In this document: positions 21,111-34,469 of the stretch, piece by piece
Layout of the letters: each line of letters starts with the position of its first letter
Numbering within the stretch: the stretch's first letter is position 1
DNA from: Squalus acanthias
Lineage: Eukaryota
NCBI GenBank assembly: GCA_030390025.1
Contig: CM059432.1
Span: 115,384,001 to 115,448,000, forward strand
DNA length: 64,000 nucleotides
Direction: 5' to 3'
Program-made: the position numbers and the translations under genes
Notes under the pieces: generated by a model
Seen by the model: only the letters and a program-made list of their open reading frames with translations
What the model was told of the DNA's origin: nothing
The model's database searches: none

Positions 21111-24100
21111 GTGAATCAGATCCCCTCTAAGTTTATACCTTGTTAGAGTCATATGAGCAGCAGTAAAAATATCAGAGCTATAAAAGCAAATATCTTGGGC
21201 AATGTTTTGAAAAGCAAAAAATATACTAGATTTAACAATTTACAGCGAGCGATGTTATTGTAAAAACACTTAACGCGCCTGTGCCATATCCCCCCTCTCC
21301 ACTATTTAAAGTGGCTTTAACCCACTTATTTAAGATGAGTTAATACCTCCATTAAGATAGAGTAGAAAGACATTTTATATGAGCATGTTAAGCACTAGCT
21401 TGGTTCAAACCTACATTTTCTCCTTCATTTAGCCTGCACGCTAACTTATATTTATTCTTCACTATGGCGAAAGTGTAGTTGGTTCACAATGGTTCAAGTG
21501 TTACTGTATATTGTTTCAAAATGAGAAATTTGCTCCGGGTTAGATATTGTCTACCATATGTTTTTGCACCATAAGAGGCCATTTTCGCCATGACGACCTG
21601 ATGAAATTCCAATATGAAAGAACACCAGAAACACATTCAAAGTGTCCTTATTATTAAATATTCACTGGTGCAAAGCAGTACACAGCACTTCAGGCCACTG
21701 AACAAAACAGGTGAATCAGTGCTTGGATGCACTGCTACACATTGCACATTAGTGCCAATGAATAGAAAATAAGCACAATTCAGAACTACAAAGGCTAGGT
21801 TTGATAAAAGGCCATTGTTTTTTTAGTGAAGTGTCTTTTATCTTTCATATGGTGATGAACAGAACCCAAGTTCTTAATTTAAAAATAAAGTTGGCTCCCA
21901 TTTGTCGCTATAGATGAAGTAAAGGTTGGCCATCAGGCCTTTTTGGTGTGTTTTCTGTAGTTAAAGGGAGTTAATGCAGAGTTCCCACCAGTATAATACT
22001 AACAGGCTCCAAATACTGACTTCATAGTAGCAAAATATCACAAGCACCACGCAACCACCTCCCCCACTATCAGGTACTAACCACTCTTACCTGAAATACA
22101 CCTCTTATGGCTGTTCCAATCTCATGTGGAGCATCTTGGTGCACGCCCAGATTTAAAGGAAGAAAGAATGCATTTTCCTCTACATCTTTTCTGATTTTAA
22201 AATTACTGGAAGACTAATTCAGGTTAAGAATGATTAAATTGGCAGAAAAAAAAAAGATGGCAAGCAGGCAACATTACTCTTCACCACGGTGCTCATGTAA
22301 ACAGGGGCAGTTTCACCAACAGGAGTGTGTCTATGAATGATCAGAGCTGCGCTCCTGAATGTGGGACTGAGGATAAACAAGGTTGCTGCTTGCGATGACA
22401 CAATAAAGTAATGGTGTCACTGATCACATCTGTCCCTACAATGTGTTTATAACGAGTGCGAACTGAAAGAAACATCATCTCTGCAAAATATCTTCATTGC
22501 AGCAGATACACAGTCTTCTACAGTATAAAATTCTTTCAGTAACCAATATGCAGCACTACTAAGCAAAGTTTCTGAAGCAGATTATCATGATCTTCCAAGA
22601 ATCTTGCCTTCCTGAAAATGCTCCAGTGTAAATATTCCCTTAATTTGAAGAAATGGGCACATTTCAGGCAGCGCAATGGCTAAGGGGGTTGGAGCTCCCT
22701 GTGTTATTGCACGTCATGCTAGGATCAATTTCATACCCATCATTCCTCACATCTTGGGTTCCTAGTCTGGGCAGGGCTGTCAAGCAAACGTGCCAAGTGG
22801 AGGCAAAGTGCTTCTCCACAAAGAGGATGAAGGGACATTAAAGGCCAATAATGGCAGCCACACCTCAGGTTCCTCCGAGGAACCATTAATACAGTGAGAG
22901 CGTGAGCTGCTCAGGAAAAAAGTATCCAGTCCCTCCTCAGCCAAAGACAGTGTGTGATATAATATCCTAGATTTTCCAGTCAATGTTATTTTAATAATGG
23001 TGGTTACCACTGGCTTTACAATAATCCAGGCCAGTGTGACTACAAAAAAGGAAGGAATTAAAATTACACATGTTCGCAAAATAAAACATAAAAATAAAGT
23101 TCGCCATCAAAATGCATAAAATTAGCTAATTATATCATGGTGAGACGAGTTTCTGTACTGTGCAAGATGGAGGTAACATTCCTGGCAATTTTTCTTTTCC
23201 ACTAACTGGCGGATCTCCCATGGTGTTGCTGGAGAATACACTTTAGGGTTGCACAATGCTTGTTGAAATTTTCTACTTTAAATATCAGTGCGAAATGATT
23301 ATTCATTTCTCTGTAGCTACTGAGGTAGTACGCCTGTCTGAGTATTATTTACAAAACGCAATGACGTAAGCAGTGCCTCGAGGCGCCACGTGTATGTGAT
23401 GTCAAAATGATAGGCGGCTCTTCAGACACTTTTCCCTCTTCAAATGAGAAGGTTTTCCAAACGCTTTCCTGTGAAGACACAGCAGGTGTCTGTAGTTGAC
23501 TTTTATCCAAAAGGATAAGAATTATTTTCCCCTTATTTGCAAACAAAAGGAGAAGCAAGAAAGCAAAGGGATATAATTTCAGAATTAAAATGTAGAATAA
23601 ACATCTATTTTGATTTTGCAAAACAATAATTGGCATAATTGGATTTAAAACAACATCGGTTTTGACACAACTTCCTCTTTTTTGCTGACATGCCTTGTGA
23701 TTTGTAAAGTGTCTTAAAAATGACAGCAGCTATGCAAGATATCAGTGTTTAACCATTCCTCCCTGGAAATAGCTCCCTAAGTCTTGACGATTATGCCCGC
23801 GATGTGGTAAGTCAGGCTGTAATTATTTCCCTTCCAGCTTTGAAGCTTTCCCTAGTCTTTAAACTGAATCTTTTCAAAGCTTCCCCTGTCATTAATTCCA
23901 GCTGCGAGGAACAAGGTTGTTCCAGGAGGGCACTGGGATCAAGGCCAGTAAGAACAGCATCCTCCCCGAACAAAGAACCAGTCACAATACCAAGCACAGC
24001 ACAAATACATTACTGGGATTGTATCAGTGATGAATTTGGTGTTAATATTAACAAACCTCGGGGAAAAAATACATGTAAGTATGTAATCAGAAACAGAACT

Positions 24101-24741
24101 GTGATTACAAATTGCTGCATAACTACAGCGGTTAAAAGTACATAATACGTGATCATATTTGGTAATGCGTCAACAGTTATAATGTTTGACACAATTATTT
24201 TCACTGTATTGATTTGGTGTCATTTTTATTAAATAACTCCAGAAAACCTAGATCATCATGTGCATCCATCACAACTTCACACTTTGTTAAAGGCATAACA
24301 CAATCTTTAAAAAAAACAGAAAGCCTGTCACTGACCTCTTGCCTGAAATCTATAAACAGCTAACAATTGCCCTCTGAATGACTTCAACAACACTTACAAC
24401 TAGCTGCACTTATCTATTTATACTAATTTCCAACAGGCGAGAACTTGCACAGTAGACATAAAGGGAGAGTCCAGGCAACTAAACATTACAACTGTGCTCC
24501 AGACTGCCCATTAGCAACGCTATGGGAGATCTGTTAATATATAATCTAAAAACTTGTGCTGGCATGCCCTAAGGAGACACACACTTACACTTCAGTTACA
24601 CACAGCTGCATTTTAGCAGCAGAATAATACATTGTGCGATATGTGGTCTAACAATCCTGTCCTCAAAAAAATATATCCTTGGACATACACTGAGCAGCAC
24701 CACAGGAGGTCTCCTAAAATACATCATTTTTTAATATATTC

Positions 24742-24993
24742 ATTCTCGGGATGTGGACGTCACTAGCAAGGCCAGCACTTATTGCCCCTCCCTAGTTGCC
24801 CTTGAGAAGGTGGTGGTGAGCCGCCTTCTTCCTGAGCCGCTGCAGTCCATGTGGTGAAGGTACTCCCACAGTGCTGTTAGGGAGGGAGTTCCAGGACTTT
24901 GACCCAGCGACGATGAAGGAACGGCGATATATTTCCAAGTCGCGATGGTGTGTGACTTGGAGGGGAAGTAGGAGGTGGTGGTGTTCCCATGCA
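24742..24993 (-). mobile_element. LINE family B 3' fragment
   Basis: Reverse complement of the 9826-10143 type; YRRSFIVAGSKSWNSLP. Confidence 0.85.
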
Positions 24994-25596
24994 TAATGAA
25001 AGACGAAAGGGAAATTCATATTTACATAATACCCCTTTCTTCCAGATGTAAGTTTTTCCTTGTTTTAAGTTGTTCATCACCACATGCTGTGTCCTTCAGT
25101 TAGGAGAGAGATTATTGTCTGGGCTGTGGTAGCCACCAGAACAGCGGTCAATGAAACACAATCACCGGGCACAGGATCTGCTTCTCATTTGGGTAAGTTG
25201 CAGAATTTTAATTCTCTCCTAGCTATCAAGACAGGACTCCTCACTCCCGTGTGGTGTACGATGAGGCAGTCTGGCTGAGGACTGACAAAGTACACTAAAC
25301 CGTGGTCAGTGAAAGGCAATCTGGGCAAATCAGTATGCTCATCGATAAAAGATTTACACAGTAACAAGTTACCTTGAAATATCTGGCTAGATTATTTCCA
25401 ACAAGGAAGAAATTTGTGTACAAGTGAGGTTATTTATTTATATCATTCAAAATTATCCAGCACAAAAATCATTTTCATTATCTTTATAAATGCTTGTGGC
25501 ACTATAAAAGGAGTTATGCTGTCTCTTTAGTTAAAAAAGTGCACAGAGATAATAAAGATGGCTGACAATTTCTGTAGATGCAAAAGAACATAATAT

Positions 25597-26045
25597 AAGA
25601 ACATAAGAACATAAGAAATAGGAGCAGGAGTCGGCCATTTGGCCCCTCGAGCCTGCTCCGTCATTCAATAAGATCATGGCTGATCTTCTACCTCAACTCC
25701 ACTTTCCAGCACTATCCCCATATCCCTTGATTCCATTAATATCCAAAAATCTATCGATCTCTGTCTTAAATATACTCAACGACTGAGCCTCCACAGCCCT
25801 CTGGGGTAGAGAATTCCAAAGTTTCACCACCCTCTGAGTGAAGAAATTTCTCCTCATCTCAGTCCTAAATGGCCGATCCCTTATTCTGAGACTGTGACCC
25901 CTGGTTCTGGACTCCCCAGCCAGGGGAAATATCCTCCCTGCATCTACCCTGTCAAGCCCTGTAAGAATTTTGTATATTTCAATGAGATTACCTCTCATTC
26001 TTCTAAATCCTAGAGAATATAGGCCCAGTCTACACAATCTACTCA
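25597..26045 (-). mobile_element. CR1 3' fragment
   Basis: RLGLYSL...RGNLIEIYKIL...TRGHSLRI...RRNFFTQRVVKLWNSLP; (TTCTTATG)n tail. Confidence 0.92.
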
Positions 26046-26074
26046 AGAAAAAGGAACAAAATACAAATCTATGG

Positions 26075-26248
26075 AAATCTAAATAAAAAAACAGAAAGTA
26101 TTTGGATTGCACAACAAGTCTGTCAACATCTAAAAAGAGAAAAGGTAGGTTTACGATTCAGGATTCATGAATGGTCGACATCCAAAATATGTTTTCTCTC
26201 TTTTCAGATGATGATTGTGTATTTCCAGCACTCTCTGTTTTCATTTCT
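26075..26248. repeat. Diverged inverted-repeat element, possibly Penelope-derived
   Basis: Arms AAATAAAAAAACAGAAAG...GGA and TTCCAGCACTCTCTGTTTTCATTTC; inner arms CATCTAAAAAGAGAAAA and TTTTCTCTCTTTTCAGATG. Confidence 0.35.
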
Positions 26249-27145
26249 AACCATCTAATGTCTGCAACTAAAATTCAACAAGACCAGGTAAAAAGAAAAC
26301 TTTATCGTTCACCAAAACAAACTTCAAAAATAAATGTTTTGGGCTAGTTTAATCTTGCAATATAGTTTTTTTTTAATTTATGTTAAACCCATAACAATTA
26401 GCTTAATTGCTCATAGCTAGAAATATTTCCTTCAGCTAATGTGCCATGTAAATTGTGCTGATACACTGCATTCATAAAAGAGGAACTTAACCCTTGACAC
26501 TCTAATCGTCACAGTGGTTTTGCTGATATGCAGCTATTCTGCAAGCTATGAAAGCTTTCTGTTTTAAATCATTAATTTCAATATACTTAATAGGTAATTC
26601 CACAATCTGCTGCTACCAGCAGTAAGTAGCACTTGCAGGGAATGCAACTCAGGAAATTGCAGGCACGTAGATGGTGACTTTCCATCCATTAAAACTGCCC
26701 CCGTTATAAAATTATCAATAATTTCTGTTTGAGAACTTAAGGTACTTAATTATAGACATGTTGAAATAAAACTGTGTGTTTAATAAAACAATTGTCTGAG
26801 TTTAAACTTCAATAGTTATGAAAATTATTACTTTGATTTAATTCTGCTTTCCAGTCTTTTTCTGCTCCATTGATGGTTAACGGTTGGGGGCACTGGTTTT
26901 AAGGAGTTGCTGAACCCAGCAGCGTGAGGGAGTTGCACAAACATCAGTCGAGATATAGGTGCGGATTCTCCTCTGAAAGTGGGTTACACCAGTCCACCAA
27001 CTTACCCTGTACATCACTTTCCTGAACTGGCAGATTTAAGTGCATAGATATTGGTTTTTAATACAACATTATATTGATCAAAAAGGGGCTAGAAAATCTG
27101 ACTGAATGGTAAATAGGGGCAGGGAACAGATTAACATTTTAAAAA

Positions 27146-27685
27146 TTCGTTTATGGGATGTGGGCGTCGCTGGCAAGGCCAGCATTTATTGCCCATCCCT
27201 AGATGCCCTTGAGAAGGTGGTGGTGAGCCGCCTTCTTGAACCGCTGCAGTCTGTGTGGTGAAGGTACTCCCACGGTGCTGCTGGGAAGGGAGTTCCAGGA
27301 TTTTGACCCAGCGACGATGAAGGATCGGTGATATACTTCCAAGTCAGGATGGTGTGTGACTTGGAGGGGAACTTGGAGGTGGTGGTGTTCCCATGCGCCT
27401 GCTGTCCTTGTCCTTCTAGGTGGAAGAGGTCGCAGGTTTGGGAAGTGCTGCCGAAGAAGCCTTGGCGAGTTGCTGGAGTGCATCTGTAGATGGTACACAC
27501 TGCAGCCACGGTACGCCGGTGGTGGAGGGAGTGAATGTTTAAGTTGGTGGATGGGGTGCCAATCAAGCAGGCTGCTTTGTCCTGGTGTCGAGCTTCTTGA
27601 GTGTTGTTGGAGCTGCACTCATCCAGGCAAGTGGAGAGTATTCCATCACACTCCTGACTTGTGCCTTGTAGATGGTGGAAAGGTT
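27146..27685 (-). mobile_element. LINE family B 3' fragment
   Basis: DKAACLIGTPSTNLNIHSLHHRRTVAAVCTIY...SKSWNSLP. Confidence 0.88.
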
Positions 27686-28270
27686 TGAACATCATATTAC
27701 AATCTTGCCCCATTGAAGACAGAAGAACTCTAGCCATTTCCATGAGGAAAGAGGCCGTTTAATAAATTTGCAGGTGAGAAGTAAAGGCCGTCACCTACCT
27801 GCCTTCATCTGTACTGCCAATTTAAAAATGGAAAAATCATGAAATAGGACAATAACTTTGGCAACGGCCCTTAATTATCTGATCCCACCCATTCAAGGTA
27901 AATCATTACTGGCAGCATTGGCGTTAGGGTGAATAACACTTCACCCCGGCAGTGTCTGATATCAGTGGGTAATCTCAAAGAAAACATACAGATGAGAATA
28001 ATGTGTAGGAAGACGTTAACCTGGGATGCTTCGTACATTAACCCTTAGACGATTGGAAGGTCCTGCTGGCAGGTTCGAGGAAATACCAGTAACCCTGGGC
28101 TGAGCATCGTGTTAAGTTTTCAGGTCTCCGAGAGTGACACTGAAACAAACTGTGATGTTATAGCAATAAAGCTATTCAAATATCAGGAGTGGCTTCATTA
28201 CTGCAATATTAAATCATACGCAACTAAAAGAAACACTTACCACAGTGTTAACCAAAATACAAAGTTCTAA

Positions 28271-29156
28271 GGGGGAAAATTCAGTTGGTTGCGCCTCCCA
28301 TTAGCGCCTTAAGAGGGCGCTAATGGGGCGCAAACCATCTTGCGCCCAGGCGCGGCGAAGTTTGCGCCGCTCGCGAAATTAACTAGACATTTTGCGGCGG
28401 CGCTAAACACTACCGCCACGATCTCCTGCGCCGGCAGATCGTGACGTCAGACGAGTGCGCAACGCCCCGGTATCGCCCCGGAGCGGCTATTGAGTGGTGC
28501 CCCCTGCCTTACCGCCTGACGCTAGCAACGACAGGTTGAGGGGAGCGTTTTGCAGTCATGAAGGGACTGGGGGAGCGCTATTTAAAGGTGACCGCTTCCT
28601 GACTTTTATTGTTGGTGCCATTTTTGAACCACGCATTCTGAGAGAGAGAGACTTCTGGAGAGATTCAACGTTGTGTGAAGGAGTTTTGGGTACTGAGCAG
28701 CACTTTGCAGGTTCATTTTGATTTGCCATTCCTTGTATCGATTTAGAAGAGAATGTGGGGGCTGCTCTCTGAGCTCTTTGCCTGGTACTCTCCATTGTTC
28801 TTTCCAGCAAATTTGATGTGCAGGTCTCTCCAGACCGAGATTCAAGGCTGCAATGAGCAGGATGTGGATGGAAAGCAAGATCAGCCCTCCCCTTTAAGAA
28901 CTGGCCCGTGCCATTGTGTGTGTGTTCCATTGCTGACTGACATCACATGAGCTTCGCCAGCGCTCTGAGGTAGCGCCTCGCTCCTCGGCCTTTGCGCCTT
29001 AAGACAGGTGTGAAGTGCCTGATTTAGCGCTCCAATCACCTCCAGGGGCGATAAAAGTCAAGTTTGCAGTCGGTGAAGATAATTAGCGCCAGGCGCTAAT
29101 CTTTGCGCCCGGCCGATAATTGCGCCCCAAATGGGGCGATACTGAATTTCTCTCCC
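28271..29156 (-). mobile_element. Non-autonomous deletion derivative of Harbinger family B
   Basis: TIR GGGGGAAAATTCAGT / ACTGAATTTCTCTCCC; perfect TAA TSD; both arms align with the ends of 38220-42290 in reverse orientation and keep the start of the Myb ORF (MES.RQRAQR). Confidence 0.92.
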
Positions 29157-29536
29157 TAAAGATTTTACTTCTGCTTGTTCTTTTTCTCATTCACTCTTCT
29201 TCCCTATTGTCTATTCTCTCTTCTAATTTTATTAATATGGCTTTTACTTTATTTGCATCTGACACACGTTAGTCTATCTATTCTAAACCTTTTTTTCCCT
29301 TAAAAACCAAGTTTAAAATATCCTTAATTTTCATCCTGGTCCTAGCATCCATTTTGGAGTAATTGAAAAAAGTGGTGACTGACTGGCTGAAAACCAGCTT
29401 CAAAGGTGGTTTATTCAGTTAATCAAAGAACTTGAACATGTTCAGGGATCATTTGAACTTTTATCATCCGGCAATAAAACAGGCGACAGTCACCCTGTCT
29501 TATACGCTTTATTGGAAAAGAAAACTGGGCGGTGGG

Positions 29537-29592
29537 CAACGTTCCCTTTAAGCTGCGCTGCGCGGGCCAAAAAAAAATGAGAGGGAACATTG
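29537..29592. mobile_element. Minimal 56-bp hAT MITE
   Basis: TIR CAACGTTCCC / GGGAACATTG; TSD GCGGTGGG / GCGGTGTG. Confidence 0.85.
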
Positions 29593-30334
29593 GCGGTGTG
29601 TAAAACGGACAGCCAATTCGCGATCATCCATTTTTGACCTGGCAATTAAATTTAAAATTACTCCCACTCATTTCGTAGATGCAAGTAGGTCCACTTGTGA
29701 TGGGGTTTTCTAGCATCAAATACAAGAAGTGCTATCACTGCATAAGTGATCTCGCGGTAGATTTTAACTATCGAGCGGCTGACCGGCAGAGTGTGCAGAG
29801 TGCCAATGGCAGCACCAGCCCAGTTTAAGATTCGGGCCTCATTAGTATCAGGCCAGTTGACTCAGGGGCAGCTCCCTGGCTTTGGGCCACTGTAATATCA
29901 GGCGGCTTACAGGCCATGGCGGAGGAGGGGGTGTAGTGGTGGGGGGGAGGGGGGCGGGGAGGGGGAGGGATCAGATCTCTGTGGGGAGGGGAGGAGTGCA
30001 GGATCTAGAGCGGATCCTCCTGGTCTCACAAAAATAAACACAAATTTACCGGTCAGCTCCTCTTTGCTGGACTGCCAGCTAACACTGGAACCGTACTGTC
30101 TTAAAATGGTGGAGATAGGGCAGTAAGTCATTCCCTACCATTTTCAGGGTGCAATTGCTCTGTTTACACCAGTCATGAAGCCGCAAATATTAACCCCTTG
30201 TCTGCAGAGGCCACAGCTCAATGACGCTCAGGAGAGATAACTGGATCCTGGCATGGTCGGAGTTAATTCAACTCCCTCACATGACCGGATTCGTTAATTT
30301 ATCCAAACCAGATCCCGGGTAATGTGAACTCAAT

Positions 30335-31101
30335 GGCCCAGATTTTGCGTTAATGATAAGGGTGAGGCTATCAACGATCACCGTTATTATGGAGTAAATT
30401 GGACAGTAGCTTCCGGAGTACGCACATGCACAGTTAAACGCGGAAATCCGGAAGTTGCAGTCCGAGTTCCCTGCTCCTCCACAGGCTGCACTATAACAGA
30501 ACCTCGCCGATAGACTTGGCATTGAAATACATGCAACGGTGTGAACTTGGGTACCTACCCATTAGTTACCCATTAAACACACCAGAAACTTTGGTACTAG
30601 TGCATTCAGCAGTAAGTGAATTTTTAACAGCATACTAAGTGATAATTACTGCCAAACAACCTCTCTGGCACTGAAAATTTAATTTTACAAGCATGGAGTC
30701 TCATTCCTTCAGAAGTTAATTAGTGTTGGAGATTTAAAAAACAATATTAAATTTTTTTAATTTACTTTTTCTGTCTCTTTTATCTCTCCCTCTTAATCCC
30801 ATCAGTATTTCCCTATCTTTATTTTGCTTTCTGTACATGATTTAAATCTAATTTATATTTCCTGCTTTATACTTCCTGGTTTGGACTCTGTGAGGATTCT
30901 TCAATCTGATTGGTTGAAGAGCCGTGCTGTTTCTTGTCTTGCTCACACACGCCACAGCTGCACTGTAGAGAGCACTGCGCTGGATCAGATGCCAGATTAG
31001 AGCAAGTCTCTGCTCAAAAGCCCACAAAAACTTTGTGGGCAGCCGTCCGTGAGGTGAATGGCGAGCGTCGTTCCTTCCCCGCTGACCGCAAAATTCAGGT
31101 C
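30335..31101. mobile_element. Harbinger-type MITE
   Basis: TIR GGCCCAGATTTTGCG / CGCAAAATTCAGGTC; flanks AAT / ATT. Confidence 0.8.
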
Positions 31102-31379
31102 ATTATTTAAGAAAGATCGTAAATGTAGGGGTCATTTCAGTGCAAACTACTTTCTCTTTCCATCTCACCTCTAATTAAGTAAAAAAGGATGTTTAAAATA
31201 AAATGTCCCGGGGCTACAATTCAGCGATGTTTTTAGCATGAAAATGGTCTATTCTGGGCGGATAGGACTAGAAATTGGTAAAGGCCCCATTTATGCTAAG
31301 TACCCACCCCTTTATCTGCCTGTCAGAATTTCTGGTACATTTGAGGGTTGGAGAAAAATAAGTCTGTCTTCAAATGAGA

Positions 31380-31990
31380 ATTGAAATAGTACAATTTTAA
31401 AGGGGTGTAGGAAGAGAGACCTGGGGCTTCACATACACAAATCTTTCAAGGTGGCAGGATAAGTTCATAAGGCTGTTTAAAAACACATACGGGATCCTTG
31501 GCTTTATAAATAGAGGCAGCGAGTACAAAAGCAAGGAAATTATGCTAAACCTTTATAAATCACTGATTATGTAGTCAGCTGGAGTATTGTGTCCAATTCT
31601 GGGCACCACACTTTAGGAAGGATGTCAAGACCTTGGGGAGAGTGCAGAGGAGATTTACTAGAATGGTACCAGGGATGAGGGACTTCAGTTATGTGGAGAG
31701 ACTGGAGAAGCTGTTATTGTCCTCCTTAGAGCAGAGAAGGTTAAGGGGAGATTTAATAGATGTGATCAAAATCATGAAGGGTTTTGATCAACTAGATAGG
31801 GAGAAACGTTTCCACTGGCAGGAGTGTCGATAACCAGAAGATAATTGGCAAGATATATATCATTGAAACAAAAACATTTGCAGGGCTATGGGGAAACAGA
31901 AGGATTGTGGGACTAATTGGAAAGCTCTTTCAAAGAGCTGGCACAGGCGCAATGGGCCGAATGGCCTCCTTCTATGCTCTAAGATATGAT
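31380..31990 (+). mobile_element. CR1 3' fragment
   Basis: GRVQRRFTRMVPGMRDFSYVERLEKL...RRLRGDLI; CR1 tail. Confidence 0.88.
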
Positions 31991-33199
31991 AAAATTCAAT
32001 AGGCCTGCATTTTCCTACTGCAATCAATCACTGAGCAATTGATTCCAATATGGAACCTGGCCTATCAAAAAAACAGGGCAATTATTTTCATTAAATATCC
32101 TCAGCTGGCACCTTTATGCTGCCGGTGAGACCCTGTTGCAAGTTTCCTCGCCCCTTACCTGATGCAAACTCCCCAGTTGCACTGTTAGTGTGGCGGGTGC
32201 CCACCCAATCTATGTAAATAAGCCGACTCCAGAGTTTGGGATGGGGTCAGAGGCACAACTACTGGGCAGGCGGTGGTTCACCCAAAAGGCTCCATAAAGT
32301 TTAATTCCCCCACCCCCATTGAGAAGATATTTAATGTTACTTTCCCACCATATCAGTATCCCATGCTCAAGGAGCAATCAACTGATATCAGCTACAAATT
32401 CCATTGTGAAATGAATGCTGCTCCACAGAGAGGTCTGCTGTATACGAGGTCAGGACTGAAAGTTACCACCTCAGATACTTCCTCATCAGCGCCCAGAACC
32501 AAGAAAAATGACAATCAGCATTACTACTCAAGGAATCACTCACTGACGGGGTTTTAGCTCACATGATAACCATGCACATCCAAAATGCTTCTTTTCCATG
32601 GTGGATGCAAAACAATATTAACTTTCGAGTATCTCCTTCTAATCTTCTGCTTCAGTTTTGTTATCTCCCACAAGTGTGGTATGCGTGAACTATGACAACA
32701 ATCCCAACTTTTCTCGTATCTTTCTCTCACTGAAGAGCAAATAAAAGGAAAAAATAGCTGTGGAGCTGGGACTATCATAGGAATTCATAGAGGGCGTTCG
32801 CTAGCGCCATGAATTCTGGGATAGTCCTGCCTCAATCGTGGACTCTTGTCTTATCATACTCTCAAACAAGAGGAAGCTAGTCACATTTAATCATGTTTAT
32901 TTTGTAGTTGGTGCAAGGTGACACTTCAGATATATAGCTCATGACTGAGAATCCCATACCTACGATTTATCCAATATTGCAAGCTCTGGGATTAACTCAA
33001 ATTGAAGATGCTCTGTGCTACACTTACCTTCTCATTAAAAAAATGGATACTTTGATCAAGTGATTGTGGTGGGAATGAGGGACTGAGTTATACCATGGTT
33101 CTTAATGTATGCAGTGAGAACTGTTCAAATTTACATACTCCAATCCCTGCCAAGCATGCATACTAAATAAAGATGGCCATTTTTTCATTTTTTTTTGCA

Positions 33200-34170
33200 G
33201 TCGAATCATCGCAGTTCCGGGACATCACTGCTGGTGTTCCTCAGGGTAGAGTCCTCAGCCCAACCACCTTCATCAATAAACTTCCCACTGTCTTAAGGTC
33301 AGGAGTGGGGCTGTTTACTGACAATTTTACAGTGCTAAGCTCCGCTCACAACTCCTTCAATAATAAAGCAGCTTATGCCAGCCTACAACAGGACCTAGAC
33401 AATATCCAGGCTTGGGCTGACAAGTATCAGGTAACACTTGCACCACATAAGTGCCAGCCAATGACCATTTCCAACAGGAAAAGGCCCAATCACCTCCCCT
33501 GACCTTCAAGGGCACCACCATCACTGAGTGCCCCAGAATCAACATCCTGGGGATCACCACTGATCATAACTTTTGATGGACCAGCCATATCAACCATGGC
33601 TACACGAGCACAGCAGAGGCTGGGTATTCTGTGACAGGTGACTCACTTCCTGAACCTTCAAAGCCCTTCCACCGTCTATAAGGCTCAACTCAAGAGTGTG
33701 ATGGAATACTCGCCACTTGCCTGCATGAGTGCAGCTACAACAACACTCAAGAAGCTCGACACCATCCAGAACCAAGCATTCTGTTTGACTACTACCCCTG
33801 TTACTGGACTCAGTATCCACTCCCTCAATCACCAGCACACTGTGGCTACAGTATGAACTGCAACAACTCATCAGGCCTACTTTGACAGCACCTTGCAGGG
33901 CTGCATCCCCTACTATTGAGAAGGACAAGAGCAGCAAGATCATAGAAGACCAACACTTTCAGTTTCCCCTCCAAATCACACACAATTGTGACTTGGACTG
34001 TATTGCCATTCTTTTATCGTTTTGGGTTAAATTCCAAGAATTCCCTAACTAACAACCATTCTAGATGAACCATCACTACAGGGACTGCAGTGGTTCAAGG
34101 AAGAGGTCCACTACCACCTTCTCTAGGCAACTAGGGATGGGCAATAAATGTGGCCTCGTCAGCGCCACAC
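33200..34170 (+). mobile_element. LINE family B, diverged RT-to-3' fragment
   Basis: ITAGVPQGRVLSPT, LQQDLDNIQAWADK, YKAQLKSVMEYSPLA. Confidence 0.85.
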
Positions 34171-34469
34171 ACAAATTTTCCAAAACTAAGTAGTTTTACT
34201 TACTTTACTATAGTTTTGGACCACATTTGCTGATGCATGACATAATCTTGCAAGATAACATCAGATGAACATTTCACAACTCTAGAACCCTGTAACACTG
34301 CCATCAAAGAGAAGCACTCTATTAAAACCCACACAACATGGCCTTCTTTTGTCACACTCCCACATACATAATGCAATCCATAAAAAGATGGGTATATAGA
34401 GATGTAGAAAGGGTAGGTAAACAGGAAAATGATCATCTATATTACTCCTTTGATTATCAGACTCTGAAA

